Assembly: GCA_029856365.1 (NCBI GenBank)
Contig: JAHQWW010000006.1
Location: 21,555 to 85,554 of the forward strand
Length of the DNA stretch: 64,000 nt
Source: Candidatus Hodarchaeota archaeon
GTDB lineage: Archaea; Asgardarchaeota; Heimdallarchaeia; Hodarchaeales; Hodarchaeaceae
Direction: 5' to 3'
The position numbers and the translations under genes were made by a program. Of the stretch, positions 41,505 to 51,393 are shown piece by piece. Position 1 is the stretch's first letter, and each line of letters opens with the position of its first letter. The notes under the pieces are model-generated. The model did no database searches. It saw only the letters and a program-made list of their open reading frames with translations, and was not told where the DNA came from.

Positions 41505-42155
41505 ATGGAAATTGAATTCATTGACTTTCTAGGTAGTATTCATATTGGGGTCAAAATATTATGTACGGAAAATAAGGCATTTCTACCAAACAATACTCCT
41601 TTAAATCTCAAAAATCTTGTCCATCGGACTTTGAAAGTTGAAATGACCCAAATTTCAGATAATATTATAGGTTCTTTAGCTATAGGAAATTCTTTTGGAA
41701 TTGTTGTTTCAAGTGTGATTAGTTCAGAGGTAATAGACGAAATAAAGTCAGCAGGTCTTCCAATCTATCAATCTTCGGAATTTTTTGCATTTGGTAATGT
41801 TGTACTTGCGAATGATTATAGTGGATTAATCTCTCCTATAGTTCCTCCTATAATTAGAAAAGAAATATCTGATACACTAAATATTCCTCTAGAAGCAAAG
41901 AAAATTGCAAATTCAGATTTAGTCGGAAGTCTTGCTTTTGTTACCAATAATGGAGGATTGTTTACACCACTTGCCAGTGAAGAAGAGATTTCCGAGATAA
42001 AAGAAATACTCCACCTACAACAGGTAGGAGTTGGAAGTGTTAACAAAGGTTCTGAATTTGTGGCCTCTGGAATAACCGGAAACACTAAAGGAATGCTTAT
42101 TGGGCGAGAAACAACAGGTATTGAGATTATGGAAATAACACGCTGTTTTTCTTAA
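41505..42155 (+). CDS. eif6: Translation factor aIF6/eIF6
   Basis: GNVVLAND, LVGS, GSVNKG, TTGIE; synteny. Confidence 0.92.
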   Translation: MEIEFIDFLGSIHIGVKILCTENKAFLPNNTPLNLKNLVHRTLKVEMTQISDNIIGSLAIGNSFGIVVSSVISSEVIDEIKSAGLPIYQSSEFFAFGNVVLANDYSGLISPIVPPIIRKEISDTLNIPLEAKKIANSDLVGSLAFVTNNGGLFTPLASEEEISEIKEILHLQQVGVGSVNKGSEFVASGITGNTKGMLIGRETTGIEIMEITRCFS

Positions 42156-42254
42156 TGAATCAGAAAGATTACTCGAACGAATTGCGAATTAATATAAAGA
42201 AAGTAAAAAATCGAAGTGAATTGAAAAAAAGTCACCTATAAAGGGTAGAATAAC

Positions 42255-42521
42255 ATGAAAAATGATATAGCTGTTAAGATCTATAGAATCTTGGGATTTT
42301 TTAAACAAAGACGGGAAACAACCTCTTTTTCCAAAGAATTATGTGCCTTAACTGAAGAACAGGCCAAAGATAAGCTTTTTTCGGAATTTGGAAGCCGAAA
42401 CCGTCTAAAAAGACGACAAATTCGAATTATTTCAATTGATGAGATTTCCCCACAAGAAATTACAGATCCATTTATTCAAAAACTAGTTTCCACTGATTTC
42501 AAGATTCCATATGAGGATTAA
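42255..42521 (+). CDS. rpl18a: 50S ribosomal protein eL20 (L18a/LX)
   Basis: FSKE, SEFGSRNRLKRRQI. Confidence 0.92.
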   Translation: MKNDIAVKIYRILGFFKQRRETTSFSKELCALTEEQAKDKLFSEFGSRNRLKRRQIRIISIDEISPQEITDPFIQKLVSTDFKIPYED

Positions 42522-42524
42522 TAG

Positions 42525-42971
42525 ATGTCTAGTTCAACCCTACCTGATGAAGTACTTAATCAGGTGAAAAATCTTCAAATAGAAATAGACCAATTACAAT
42601 CAAATATTGGCGCGATAGAACAACAAATGACACTTATTTATAGAGTCATTAATTCATTGAACGATGCGATTAAAACTCAAAGCGAGCTCAAATCAAAAAA
42701 ACCTGGAGATAAAATTTTAGTACCTATTGGAGGATCAAACCTAATTTTATGTACAATTAAAGATTCTCAGAAGACATTCATGTCTCTAGGATCGGGGATA
42801 ACTCTTCAAACAGAGATTGAAAACTCAAAAAACAGAAATAAATCCCAAATCGAAAATTTAGAGAATAGTATAAAGCAACTCCAAGAACAACACTCACAAT
42901 TATCTCAAAAGCTAAATCTTCAAAGACGAGAATTGCTGCAAATCGCCCAAAAATACCAAATTTTGCAATAA
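42525..42971 (+). CDS. pfdA: Prefoldin alpha subunit
   Basis: Coiled coils flanking ILVPIGG and SLGSG hairpins; synteny with rpl18a and ftsY. Confidence 0.9.
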   Translation: MSSSTLPDEVLNQVKNLQIEIDQLQSNIGAIEQQMTLIYRVINSLNDAIKTQSELKSKKPGDKILVPIGGSNLILCTIKDSQKTFMSLGSGITLQTEIENSKNRNKSQIENLENSIKQLQEQHSQLSQKLNLQRRELLQIAQKYQILQ

Positions 42972-43067
42972 ATACTAAAAATCATTATTAAAGCAGATAT
43001 TAAGTGAAGGTAAAAAATATTTCAATTATAGGGTGAATCATGCAATTTTTGGAGGTTTTCATAAAGA

Positions 43068-43991
43068 TTGTCATCTTTAAAAAAGGGAGTACACAAGTTT
43101 CTTGGAAAAGTTTCTACATATGAAATCAATGAAAAAAATATTAGAAAAGCTATTCGTGAATTTGAACTACTCCTCATATCAAATGATGTTTCTCTAAAAG
43201 TAGCAAAAAAGATTTCTAAGAAACTTACGACTGAAATGCTTGGGAAGCGTGCAAAAAGATTCAGTGATCTCTCAAAAATGATTCCTGTTTTTGCAAAACC
43301 AATTATACTCGACATTATTTCACCGAAAAAACCACTTAATCTTATTGAAGTCCTAGAAAATCATCAGAAAATTACAAATCAAACAACTAAAAAACTTCCT
43401 CTCGTTTTTTTATTCTTAGGAATAAATGGTACTGGAAAAACTACTTCTATTGCAAAATTGGCTTATCTATTAAAGAAAAGAGGGTACAAGGTAATACTTG
43501 CAGCTAGTGACACATTTCGTTCAGGAGCTCAAGAACAACTAAAAGTACATGCAGACAGAATTGGTGTCAAATTAATTAGGGGTAAATATGGTAGTGATTC
43601 TGCAGCTGTAGCTTATGATGCAATTGCTCATGCGAAATCAAAATATGCTGACGCTGTAATGATCGACACTTCTGGACGAATGGCTGTAAACCAGGATTTA
43701 ATGCAAGAAATGAAGAAAATTCATCGAGTTACAAGGCCAGATTATTCAATACTGGTTGTAGACGCATTAGCTGGGAATGACGCAACAGAACAAGCAAAAG
43801 ATTTTCATAAGGAAATTCCCTTAAATGGCATAATTCTCGCAAAAATGGATGCTGATGCTCGTGGTGGAGCTTTGATATCCGTTACTTTTGCTACAGGAGG
43901 AGTTCCCGTTCTTTTTCTCGGGACGGGTCAAAAATATACCGATTTTGAGTTATTTCAACCTAAAAATTATGTCGATCAGCTATTAAAATAA
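43068..43991 (+). CDS. ftsY: SRP receptor GTPase FtsY
   Basis: GINGTGKTT, DTFRSGA, DTSGR, AKMDADARGG, GTGQ. Confidence 0.95.
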   Translation: MSSLKKGVHKFLGKVSTYEINEKNIRKAIREFELLLISNDVSLKVAKKISKKLTTEMLGKRAKRFSDLSKMIPVFAKPIILDIISPKKPLNLIEVLENHQKITNQTTKKLPLVFLFLGINGTGKTTSIAKLAYLLKKRGYKVILAASDTFRSGAQEQLKVHADRIGVKLIRGKYGSDSAAVAYDAIAHAKSKYADAVMIDTSGRMAVNQDLMQEMKKIHRVTRPDYSILVVDALAGNDATEQAKDFHKEIPLNGIILAKMDADARGGALISVTFATGGVPVLFLGTGQKYTDFELFQPKNYVDQLLK

Positions 43992-44123
43992 GACATACCA
44001 ATTTTCAAGAGAATAAAGATTTCCATACCCTTAGAACTTGAATTAAACTTGCAAACAGCTTTTTACTCATCTTACCATTTTTTAATCACTGTATTACTAA
44101 CAAATGTTGTGAGAAAATTAGTT

Positions 44124-45026
44124 CTATTGAAACTTAAATCCTGAATCTTTTCTTAAAACTTGTTCCTTCAATAATTCAGCCTGCTTTAAGGTCTTTGTAA
44201 GGAAAAAAACGATTGTTTTATCAGTTACGTAACCAGAATCTACTGATAAAACCATTACTTGAGAAATAGCGGTTTTTAATAGAAATGGGATCGATTCAGA
44301 GGAGTAATATGCGAGCTTTGGATTGATTGCTAAATATAACGCATCCAAATAAGCTCGTTGCAAATCTGCAATCATTCTATTCTCATCTATATCGAGAATA
44401 CTTCCATCAATAATTTCCTCGTTTTCTAAAATGGTATTGAGTTTTAAACCCACTTTAAAGGGTTGAATTCCTAAACGAGAAAGTACTGCAGCATGAGCCT
44501 CGGATACAGTATCTCCTATTGAAAGTACTTTTTCTGTTTTCATTATCCTTATTTTTCCCTTCTCAATTCTTGTTTGTAAACCAATTGAACCAAGTTCACC
44601 AATAATTGGCCCTGGATCTAGATTAGTGACACCTTCGGAAACAAACACATCAACAGGTGATATTTGACCAGTCTTTGCAGGGGCAGGAACCTGATTTTGA
44701 TTTAAAAACTTTTGAAGCTTGAAAGGGTTTGCATTTGTGAATATCAATGCACAAGAGTCGTTTATATAAGGAATAAGTTTTCCAATGCCTGGTTTGTCGA
44801 CATTTTCCAATGCTAACGTTTTTAAGGTATTTTTTGCTACTTTCAATGTAGCAACGACTTCTCCTGACCGCATTGAAGAGCGAATATCTTGAAGAGCCTT
44901 TGAACTTATTCCACTTAAATTAACCAGACCTATTACTGAGTTCTGTTCTGCTAGGTTGACTATTACATCAATTTGTTCCTTCTTCTTGTTTTGTCCTCTT
45001 CCTGATCGAATTGCAGATATTTCCAT
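44124..45026 (-). CDS. rplP0: 50S ribosomal protein uL10/P0 lacking the acidic C-terminal tail
   Basis: KVAKNTL, LIFTNANPF, PAPAKTG, T.LDPGP..GEL, LGIQP. Confidence 0.92.
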   Translation of the reverse strand: MEISAIRSGRGQNKKKEQIDVIVNLAEQNSVIGLVNLSGISSKALQDIRSSMRSGEVVATLKVAKNTLKTLALENVDKPGIGKLIPYINDSCALIFTNANPFKLQKFLNQNQVPAPAKTGQISPVDVFVSEGVTNLDPGPIIGELGSIGLQTRIEKGKIRIMKTEKVLSIGDTVSEAHAAVLSRLGIQPFKVGLKLNTILENEEIIDGSILDIDENRMIADLQRAYLDALYLAINPKLAYYSSESIPFLLKTAISQVMVLSVDSGYVTDKTIVFFLTKTLKQAELLKEQVLRKDSGFKFQ

Positions 45027-45235
45027 TTTAGCCGCCTTTGAAATATTTTCCTCTCAGTCAAATCTTTTAGTTCAGAGACTCGTGTTTCATATATCCAATA
45101 TGCGGGCTTTTTTTGTCTATATTAATAAGTTATCTGAAGGATAAAAAAGATGAAAATTAAATTAGTAGACCGAAGAAGTTGTATCATGTTTTATTATTGT
45201 ATATATATTTACAGAACAGGAAAAAAGAATACAGT

Positions 45236-45718
45236 TTAAAAATCTGAATCTTCATCCTGTTCTTCTTCACTTGGTTGAATTAATTTAACTGAATCTGCGT
45301 GTAGAACAATTGGGATGGTAACACTACTTGTCAGTAAATCAACAGTAATTTCTTCACGAGCTTGATAAATTGAAGAAATTTTAGCTCGACTACCCTTGAA
45401 AGGTCCGTCAACAATCTCAACTATGTCATTTGTCTTTAAACCTTCGATAACTGGTGTCGGTATAAGGTGCCCCTCTAATTCTGAAACTGGAACACGCCCT
45501 AATTGCTTACCAATATAATGAGCACCATCAACAGCTTGAGTTATGTCTTGAACATCCCCTTCTATGAAAATGTACCCTTGGATCTCTGTTACTAAAACAG
45601 TTTTTACATCAAGTTGATTTATTTCTGCACGATTGGCGACTGCTTCCGCTGCATTAAACTCCTGTCCTTTCTTTACTTTGAAGCAATAAATTCCAACTTT
45701 TTCAAGCAATCTAATCAC
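45236..45718 (-). CDS. spt5: Transcription elongation factor Spt5 (NusG)
   Basis: GYIFIE in the NGN domain; VEIVDGPFKG KOW motif. Confidence 0.94.
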   Translation of the reverse strand: MIRLLEKVGIYCFKVKKGQEFNAAEAVANRAEINQLDVKTVLVTEIQGYIFIEGDVQDITQAVDGAHYIGKQLGRVPVSELEGHLIPTPVIEGLKTNDIVEIVDGPFKGSRAKISSIYQAREEITVDLLTSSVTIPIVLHADSVKLIQPSEEEQDEDSDF

Positions 45719-45764
45719 ATTCTCTAATGTTTAAAACACGGTGCTCTATTGTTACAGGAAACAA

Positions 45765-45974
45765 TTACATTTGGTTTTGAAGAATCACTCCATAAAGTAC
45801 AAGTCGAATTACATAAGCTATTAACCCGAGGATTGCCATCCCTGCAGTAGTAATCTTGATGACCAAAAAAACTTCTGACCTGTCTGGTTTTTTAGCGAGC
45901 TTTAGGATTCGAATTGCTTTTTTATAGAAACTTGCTGTTCCTATTCTACTACTGTCTATTGACATTTTTTTCAC
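45765..45974 (-). CDS. secE: SecE/Sec61gamma
   Basis: RILKLAKKPDRSE then a TM (G..ILGLIAYVI); upstream of spt5. Confidence 0.92.
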   Translation of the reverse strand: MKKMSIDSSRIGTASFYKKAIRILKLAKKPDRSEVFLVIKITTAGMAILGLIAYVIRLVLYGVILQNQM

Positions 45975-45979
45975 TTTAT

Positions 45980-48900
45980 TCAGTGAGTTGAATCGGTTAA
46001 GATAAGTTGGGGTTTAATCGTAAGAGACATTAGCTCTTGAAGAAGTAGTTTAAATGCATAAGATATTGCTATCTTAAAGATTCCTGTATCAACGTTTCCA
46101 CAGACATTACAGTACGTTTGGTCTTTTTTGCGATCCCAAGTTGCTATTAGTCCACACTTCTCACAAATAAAGATCTCTGTTTTGTCAGATTCTTCTAATA
46201 ATCTCTCTTTCAATAAGAGCGCAGCACCATGACCGATTAAACAATCACGTTCCATTTCTCCAAATCGTAAACCTCCTTCCCGGGCTCTCCCCTCTGTAGG
46301 TTGTCGAGTTAAGATCTGAATAGGCCCCCTGGCTCGGGCGTGAATTTTGTCTGCTACAAGATGATGCAGTTTTTGATAATAGGTGGGACCAATAAAAATT
46401 CGTGCTGGAAGTTTCTGTCCAGTCATCCCATCGTACATTACTGATTCAGCATACGGATGAAAACCTAGTTTACGGAGTTTAATGGCAATGTCCTCGGGAT
46501 CAGGAGCTTCAAACAATGTGGCATCTATTTGTTGTCCTTCGTAACATGAAACAATTGCACTCATACACTCGATTATTTGCCCCAATGTCATTCGACTTGG
46601 AATGGCATGGGGATTTATTATTAGATCAGGAACGATTCCACTTTCAGTAAATGGCATATCTCGTTGAGGAACAATATGGCCAATAATTCCCTTTTGGCCA
46701 TGACGTGATGCGAATTTATCTCCTAACTCTGGAATACGCTGATCCCTTACTTTAATTTTTACTAATGTGCTCCCTTCAGACGTTTCTGTTAATATCACTC
46801 CATCCACTATTCCCTTTTCTCCATGGCGAATTGCAATACTAGTTTCACGCCTTTGAGGTGTTGAGGATTCTAAAGATTCTAATTCAATATATTCTTCTAA
46901 AAATCGAGGTCTTGAAGTACGACCCACTAAAATATCACCCCCCCCTACTTCAATTTCTGGCTCAATTATTCCATCAACTTCACTTAAATGCCGGTAAACT
47001 TCTTTCGCACGATACCCGCGAACTCCTTTTTGTGGAATCTCAAATCTATCCTCTTGTCCTCCAAGATACTTTTTTTCCTCACCAACATATGATCGAAAAA
47101 AATGACTACGGGCAAGACCCCGTTCAATACTCGCACGATTTAAGATAATTGCATCTTCAATGTTATACCCCTGAAAACTCAAGATAGCTACAATAAAGTT
47201 CTGGCCTGCAGGACGATCGTTAAACCCAATGACATCCATTGATTTACTACCAACTAGTGGTATTTGTGGTGCTTGTAAGATATGTGAGCGCCTATCCGTC
47301 CGAAAATAGAAATTTGATGCATATAAACCTAAAGCTTGTTTTGTCATTCCCGCCTCATATGTATTTCGAGGAGACTGATTGTGTTCTGCGTAGGGGATGA
47401 TTGATGCACAAATCCCTAATATAGCAGATGGGGAGATCTCAACATGAGTGTGTTCAGGTTGAATTTCTTCTAATGTCATGGCAATAAAAGCGTTTTCCTC
47501 TTCTTCTGCATCGAGAAATTCAATAACACCTTCCTTTAGTAAATCAGAGAACTTAATATCTCCCTTTCTTAATTTCTCGACATGTATTTGTCTTAAACGA
47601 GGTTTAGAAAATTGCTTTACTCCTTCTACTTCGCGATCTAAAATAATTAGGGGTCGTCTAACACGGCCTCCATCAGTATTTATCGAAATAATACGATTTT
47701 CTTCGAAAAAAGCTAAGTTAATTTCATGATGAAGCTTGGAAGATCTCCTTGCTTCACGGATTAAATTAAAAGTTTCTTCAGGTAGACGTGTTGTGGCAAT
47801 TAGATTACCATTTAAGAGGATATGCACTCCCTGATGATCTATGGCTTCTGTAACTGGTTCAACAGTACAATTCTGAAAGATAAAATCACGTACAGATTGC
47901 TCACTTGTACCAATAGATATGTAAGCCTGCATAGCGAGGTTTTTAACTAAACCGCAGTTAGGGCCTTCTGGGGTCTCATTAGGGCATATCTTACCCCAAT
48001 GAGTAGCATGTAAATCTCTTGCTTCAAAGTGAGCTTGACTTCGAATTAAAGGGCTAATAACTCGACGAAGATGACTGTAAGTTGACATATAATTTGTACG
48101 ATCTAGGAGCTGGGAAACTCCAGCTTTACCTCCAACCCAATTTCCTGTGGCAAGAGCATGTCGAATTCGTTCAGTTATAACATCAGCTCTCATGGCAACC
48201 CTTAGATTAGGCAATTTCCCCCTTCTTGCTCCTTTTTCCAATTGATATTTGATATCACGATATAATGAATGAAATGCAACTCTAAAAAGACTGGTAAGCA
48301 TCTCTCCTGCTAACTTAAGTCGTTTATTAGCATAATGATCTTTATCATCTTGATCGATACGGCCGAGGTTAAGTTCAATTACTTTTAAAGCCATTTGTGC
48401 TAGATATAGCGCTTTTTGTTGCCGAAAACTTTCATTTTTTCCTACATGAGGCAACAAATAATTGTCTAATACTTGTTTTGCCCGTAAAATGCGATATTGT
48501 CTTGTCTGGCCTACCGCAACTCTTTTTCCAATAAAATCTAAAGCTTCTTCTTGGTCTACTATTTCCGCTGCCTCACGAAGGGTTGGTAATAGCTCTTGAA
48601 TCAGTTCTGGCTCATTAGTGACTAGATTAGCTATATTCCGGTCAATAGTCACACCTAAAGCTTTGATGAGAACTGCTAGTGGTAAAGGTCGCGGAACACT
48701 GAAGAAGTTTACAAGTAGTCTACCATCTTTCCTACGTTGAACTGACACCAAAGAACGAAAACCCGCGACAGTACTAAAAACTTTTGCCACAGCAGTTGTT
48801 GAAGAGCCTTTACGCCCTTTATCAACTAAAACTCGATTAGAAACTAAATATTCCTGTGTTACAATAACTCTTTCTGAACCATTGATAATGAAATAACCAC

Positions 48901-49354
48901 CAGGATCCTCTGGATCCTCCCCTAACCGTGTTAGTTCATCTCGACCTAAATTATATAGCAAACAAGACTTAGATTTTAACATAATAGGTAATCGGCCAAT
49001 ATATGCTGTTACAACCTCTTCCTCCTTTTCAACGCCTGCATCTACATATACAGGCCTCATCTTTAAGTTCAACGGAGCAGAATATATTAAATTCCTAACA
49101 CGAGCCTCCATGGGATATATAGTTCGTTCAGAGCCGTCGGCTTCTCTCACTGAAGGTTCTCCTATGTCAATACCTTCTAACTTGACGTAAAAGCCCTCAA
49201 TATCAGGTTCGATTTTTGGACGTTCTTGGACAATTTCATTTAATTTTTTTTCCACAAATTCATTGAAAGAATAAAGATGCTGTCTTACAAGTCCAAATTC
49301 ATGATACATGGACTTAAGAACTTCCCATTTATCATTGTTGGTGATTTGCTCCAT
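45980..49354 (-). CDS. rpoB: DNA-directed RNA polymerase subunit B (unsplit)
   Basis: GYFIINGSE, ETPEG, GDKFASRHGQKG, PSRMT, GGLRFGEMERD. Confidence 0.98.
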   Translation of the reverse strand: MEQITNNDKWEVLKSMYHEFGLVRQHLYSFNEFVEKKLNEIVQERPKIEPDIEGFYVKLEGIDIGEPSVREADGSERTIYPMEARVRNLIYSAPLNLKMRPVYVDAGVEKEEEVVTAYIGRLPIMLKSKSCLLYNLGRDELTRLGEDPEDPGGYFIINGSERVIVTQEYLVSNRVLVDKGRKGSSTTAVAKVFSTVAGFRSLVSVQRRKDGRLLVNFFSVPRPLPLAVLIKALGVTIDRNIANLVTNEPELIQELLPTLREAAEIVDQEEALDFIGKRVAVGQTRQYRILRAKQVLDNYLLPHVGKNESFRQQKALYLAQMALKVIELNLGRIDQDDKDHYANKRLKLAGEMLTSLFRVAFHSLYRDIKYQLEKGARRGKLPNLRVAMRADVITERIRHALATGNWVGGKAGVSQLLDRTNYMSTYSHLRRVISPLIRSQAHFEARDLHATHWGKICPNETPEGPNCGLVKNLAMQAYISIGTSEQSVRDFIFQNCTVEPVTEAIDHQGVHILLNGNLIATTRLPEETFNLIREARRSSKLHHEINLAFFEENRIISINTDGGRVRRPLIILDREVEGVKQFSKPRLRQIHVEKLRKGDIKFSDLLKEGVIEFLDAEEEENAFIAMTLEEIQPEHTHVEISPSAILGICASIIPYAEHNQSPRNTYEAGMTKQALGLYASNFYFRTDRRSHILQAPQIPLVGSKSMDVIGFNDRPAGQNFIVAILSFQGYNIEDAIILNRASIERGLARSHFFRSYVGEEKKYLGGQEDRFEIPQKGVRGYRAKEVYRHLSEVDGIIEPEIEVGGGDILVGRTSRPRFLEEYIELESLESSTPQRRETSIAIRHGEKGIVDGVILTETSEGSTLVKIKVRDQRIPELGDKFASRHGQKGIIGHIVPQRDMPFTESGIVPDLIINPHAIPSRMTLGQIIECMSAIVSCYEGQQIDATLFEAPDPEDIAIKLRKLGFHPYAESVMYDGMTGQKLPARIFIGPTYYQKLHHLVADKIHARARGPIQILTRQPTEGRAREGGLRFGEMERDCLIGHGAALLLKERLLEESDKTEIFICEKCGLIATWDRKKDQTYCNVCGNVDTGIFKIAISYAFKLLLQELMSLTIKPQLILTDSTH

Positions 49355-49878
49355 AACAAATACTCCTTCTTCTGTCTTCTAATTATCCTCTTATGAAAAA
49401 ACGATGACATATGTAATATTGAACTAATTACCCTTGAATTCGTTGAAATGTGTGCTATTAACCTTCTTAAATTAACCTTAAGTGTATCTCACCGAAAAAA
49501 CTATCTATCCCATCATTTTATGAACTACCTTGACAGACACCATCTGAGCTCAGTAAGGAAGGCAGTTAAAACGAAATTTGTGTGAATTTAAATTTGATGT
49601 TACCTCCAACCAAAAGTCAATAAAAACATTGAATAATCATTTTGAGAATCATTCATCTATAAAACATTATATTAGGCATACAACGCCTTTGTGTGATGTT
49701 TGGATAAAATGTGGTGATTTTAAAGTTTATTAATCTGAATTTCAAGGAAAGCTATTAACATAAACTTATGATGTAAATTTCGTTCATACTCATGAAATTA
49801 TTAAAAGCAAATTTCTTCAGTTTTCAAGGTCTCAATTTTCATCAGTAACCTAGAAAAAGGAGACTTTTGGCGAATAAG

Positions 49879-50964
49879 TCAAATCTCAAAGGGATGTTTC
49901 TTCAGGATATGCATTACTGCTTCTACACTTGTTTGAATCCTACCTTGGGGATTGACGAACTTTGGATTTCGAATTTTAAACATCGAATCAATTAGAATCC
50001 CAAGGGCAATATGGAAATTAAAAGTCGTTCCATCAGGATAAAACTCTTCCAATGCGATCCCGTTTTTGGAGATTGTGTAATCGTATCCTTTGCAAATGAG
50101 TTCAAAATCAGGAACCGTTTTATCAAACGATTGAGAAAGATAAAAGTCATTATAGGCAAACTTAGAGAAAAAAGTTCCGATATCCTCAGCACGATCAACG
50201 TTTCCTGTTTTGTCTAAAAAGGCAGGATCTATTAAATATATCTCTGTTCGATCAATTTTTAAATCCCCAGTATAACTTGTCAATGCTTTTTCCTCCTTGA
50301 ACATTATATTTCCAGGATGATAATCCCCAAAACAATTAGCACCTGCATCACTTAGCCCAATACGACGAAATTCTCCTTTAAAAAGAGAAAAAAGCTCATT
50401 TTTATCCCCCGGAGCTATATTTAATCCTTTGACTACTTCGGAAATCAAATGTAAATATCTATCAACAAACACTTTATGTTTAAAAATACCGTGGATATAA
50501 GGTAAAGCCATTCCTGCCAAAAAAAACTTTTGTGGTTGATCGAGTTCACTATCAAAGAATTCTCGCGGCTCTCTGAGGCCTTCATATATTAATAAGGAAT
50601 TCTCGTGTGAAAAATATAATAATTGCGGTGTTTGAACCTTAACATTGTTTTTGAGGACTTCTCCTAACCATACAGCCCCATTACTTTCTTTTACTGCTGT
50701 TTCGGGGTCTGAAAAAAATTTAAAAGCAAGATCAACGTTGTATTTTCTGTTTTGTAACGTATCCACAACTTCTACAGTCATTAACTGAAGTTCTTTCCTT
50801 CTTCCCAATCTCTTCCCCAAAGTCACATTTCCTATTTTTTCTACTGGGAAAAAGGCTCCTGTCTGATTTCTCACTAGTTCTTCTATATGCCTTAAGAAAA
50901 ACTTTGACAGAACACGAATTAATTCTAATTTAAGCTGTTCTTCTGCTAGAATGCCAGGAGTCAT
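49879..50964 (-). CDS. Protein-kinase-like (APH/phosphotransferase) fold protein
   Basis: AFKF (catalytic Lys), KE, GDYHPGNI catalytic loop, LIDP, EDIG. Confidence 0.65.
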   Translation of the reverse strand: MTPGILAEEQLKLELIRVLSKFFLRHIEELVRNQTGAFFPVEKIGNVTLGKRLGRRKELQLMTVEVVDTLQNRKYNVDLAFKFFSDPETAVKESNGAVWLGEVLKNNVKVQTPQLLYFSHENSLLIYEGLREPREFFDSELDQPQKFFLAGMALPYIHGIFKHKVFVDRYLHLISEVVKGLNIAPGDKNELFSLFKGEFRRIGLSDAGANCFGDYHPGNIMFKEEKALTSYTGDLKIDRTEIYLIDPAFLDKTGNVDRAEDIGTFFSKFAYNDFYLSQSFDKTVPDFELICKGYDYTISKNGIALEEFYPDGTTFNFHIALGILIDSMFKIRNPKFVNPQGRIQTSVEAVMHILKKHPFEI

Positions 50965-51393
50965 AAAACTATTCTCTCAAATGGAACTATCATGGGATAA
51001 ACCAAAGTAAATCGGACGTTCTTGCCATTAACGAAAGGATAATCAACTTAATTTCTGAAAGTTTAGGAAAACACCATGTATATTGATCAGAACTAATACT
51101 AATAATTACCACAAATCAAAGTTTAAAAAGGGTTTCTTAAATCAATTAAAATTGGTGATAAACGGTGATATCCAGCTGGGATCACTTTGTTAATTCTTCT
51201 AGCCTACCCAGCTAGTGTAAAAACACAGTATCTCACCACATTTTTCTGTCTCTATTTTTTTACAGAAATAAATATTTCGTTTTGCAATTATATTTTTCAT
51301 ATTTTAAATAAATTAGCTACCCAACGCCCTATTGGACGAGTAGAGGCATTCTTATTCAAATTATCTAATACGAACAAAATAGAGGTTAAATGA

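Noticed and set aside
51160-51393. T-box-like leader before valS (small hairpins, repeated CTACCCA)
   Set aside because: No T-box consensus or terminator; T-boxes are bacterial; the hairpins are short
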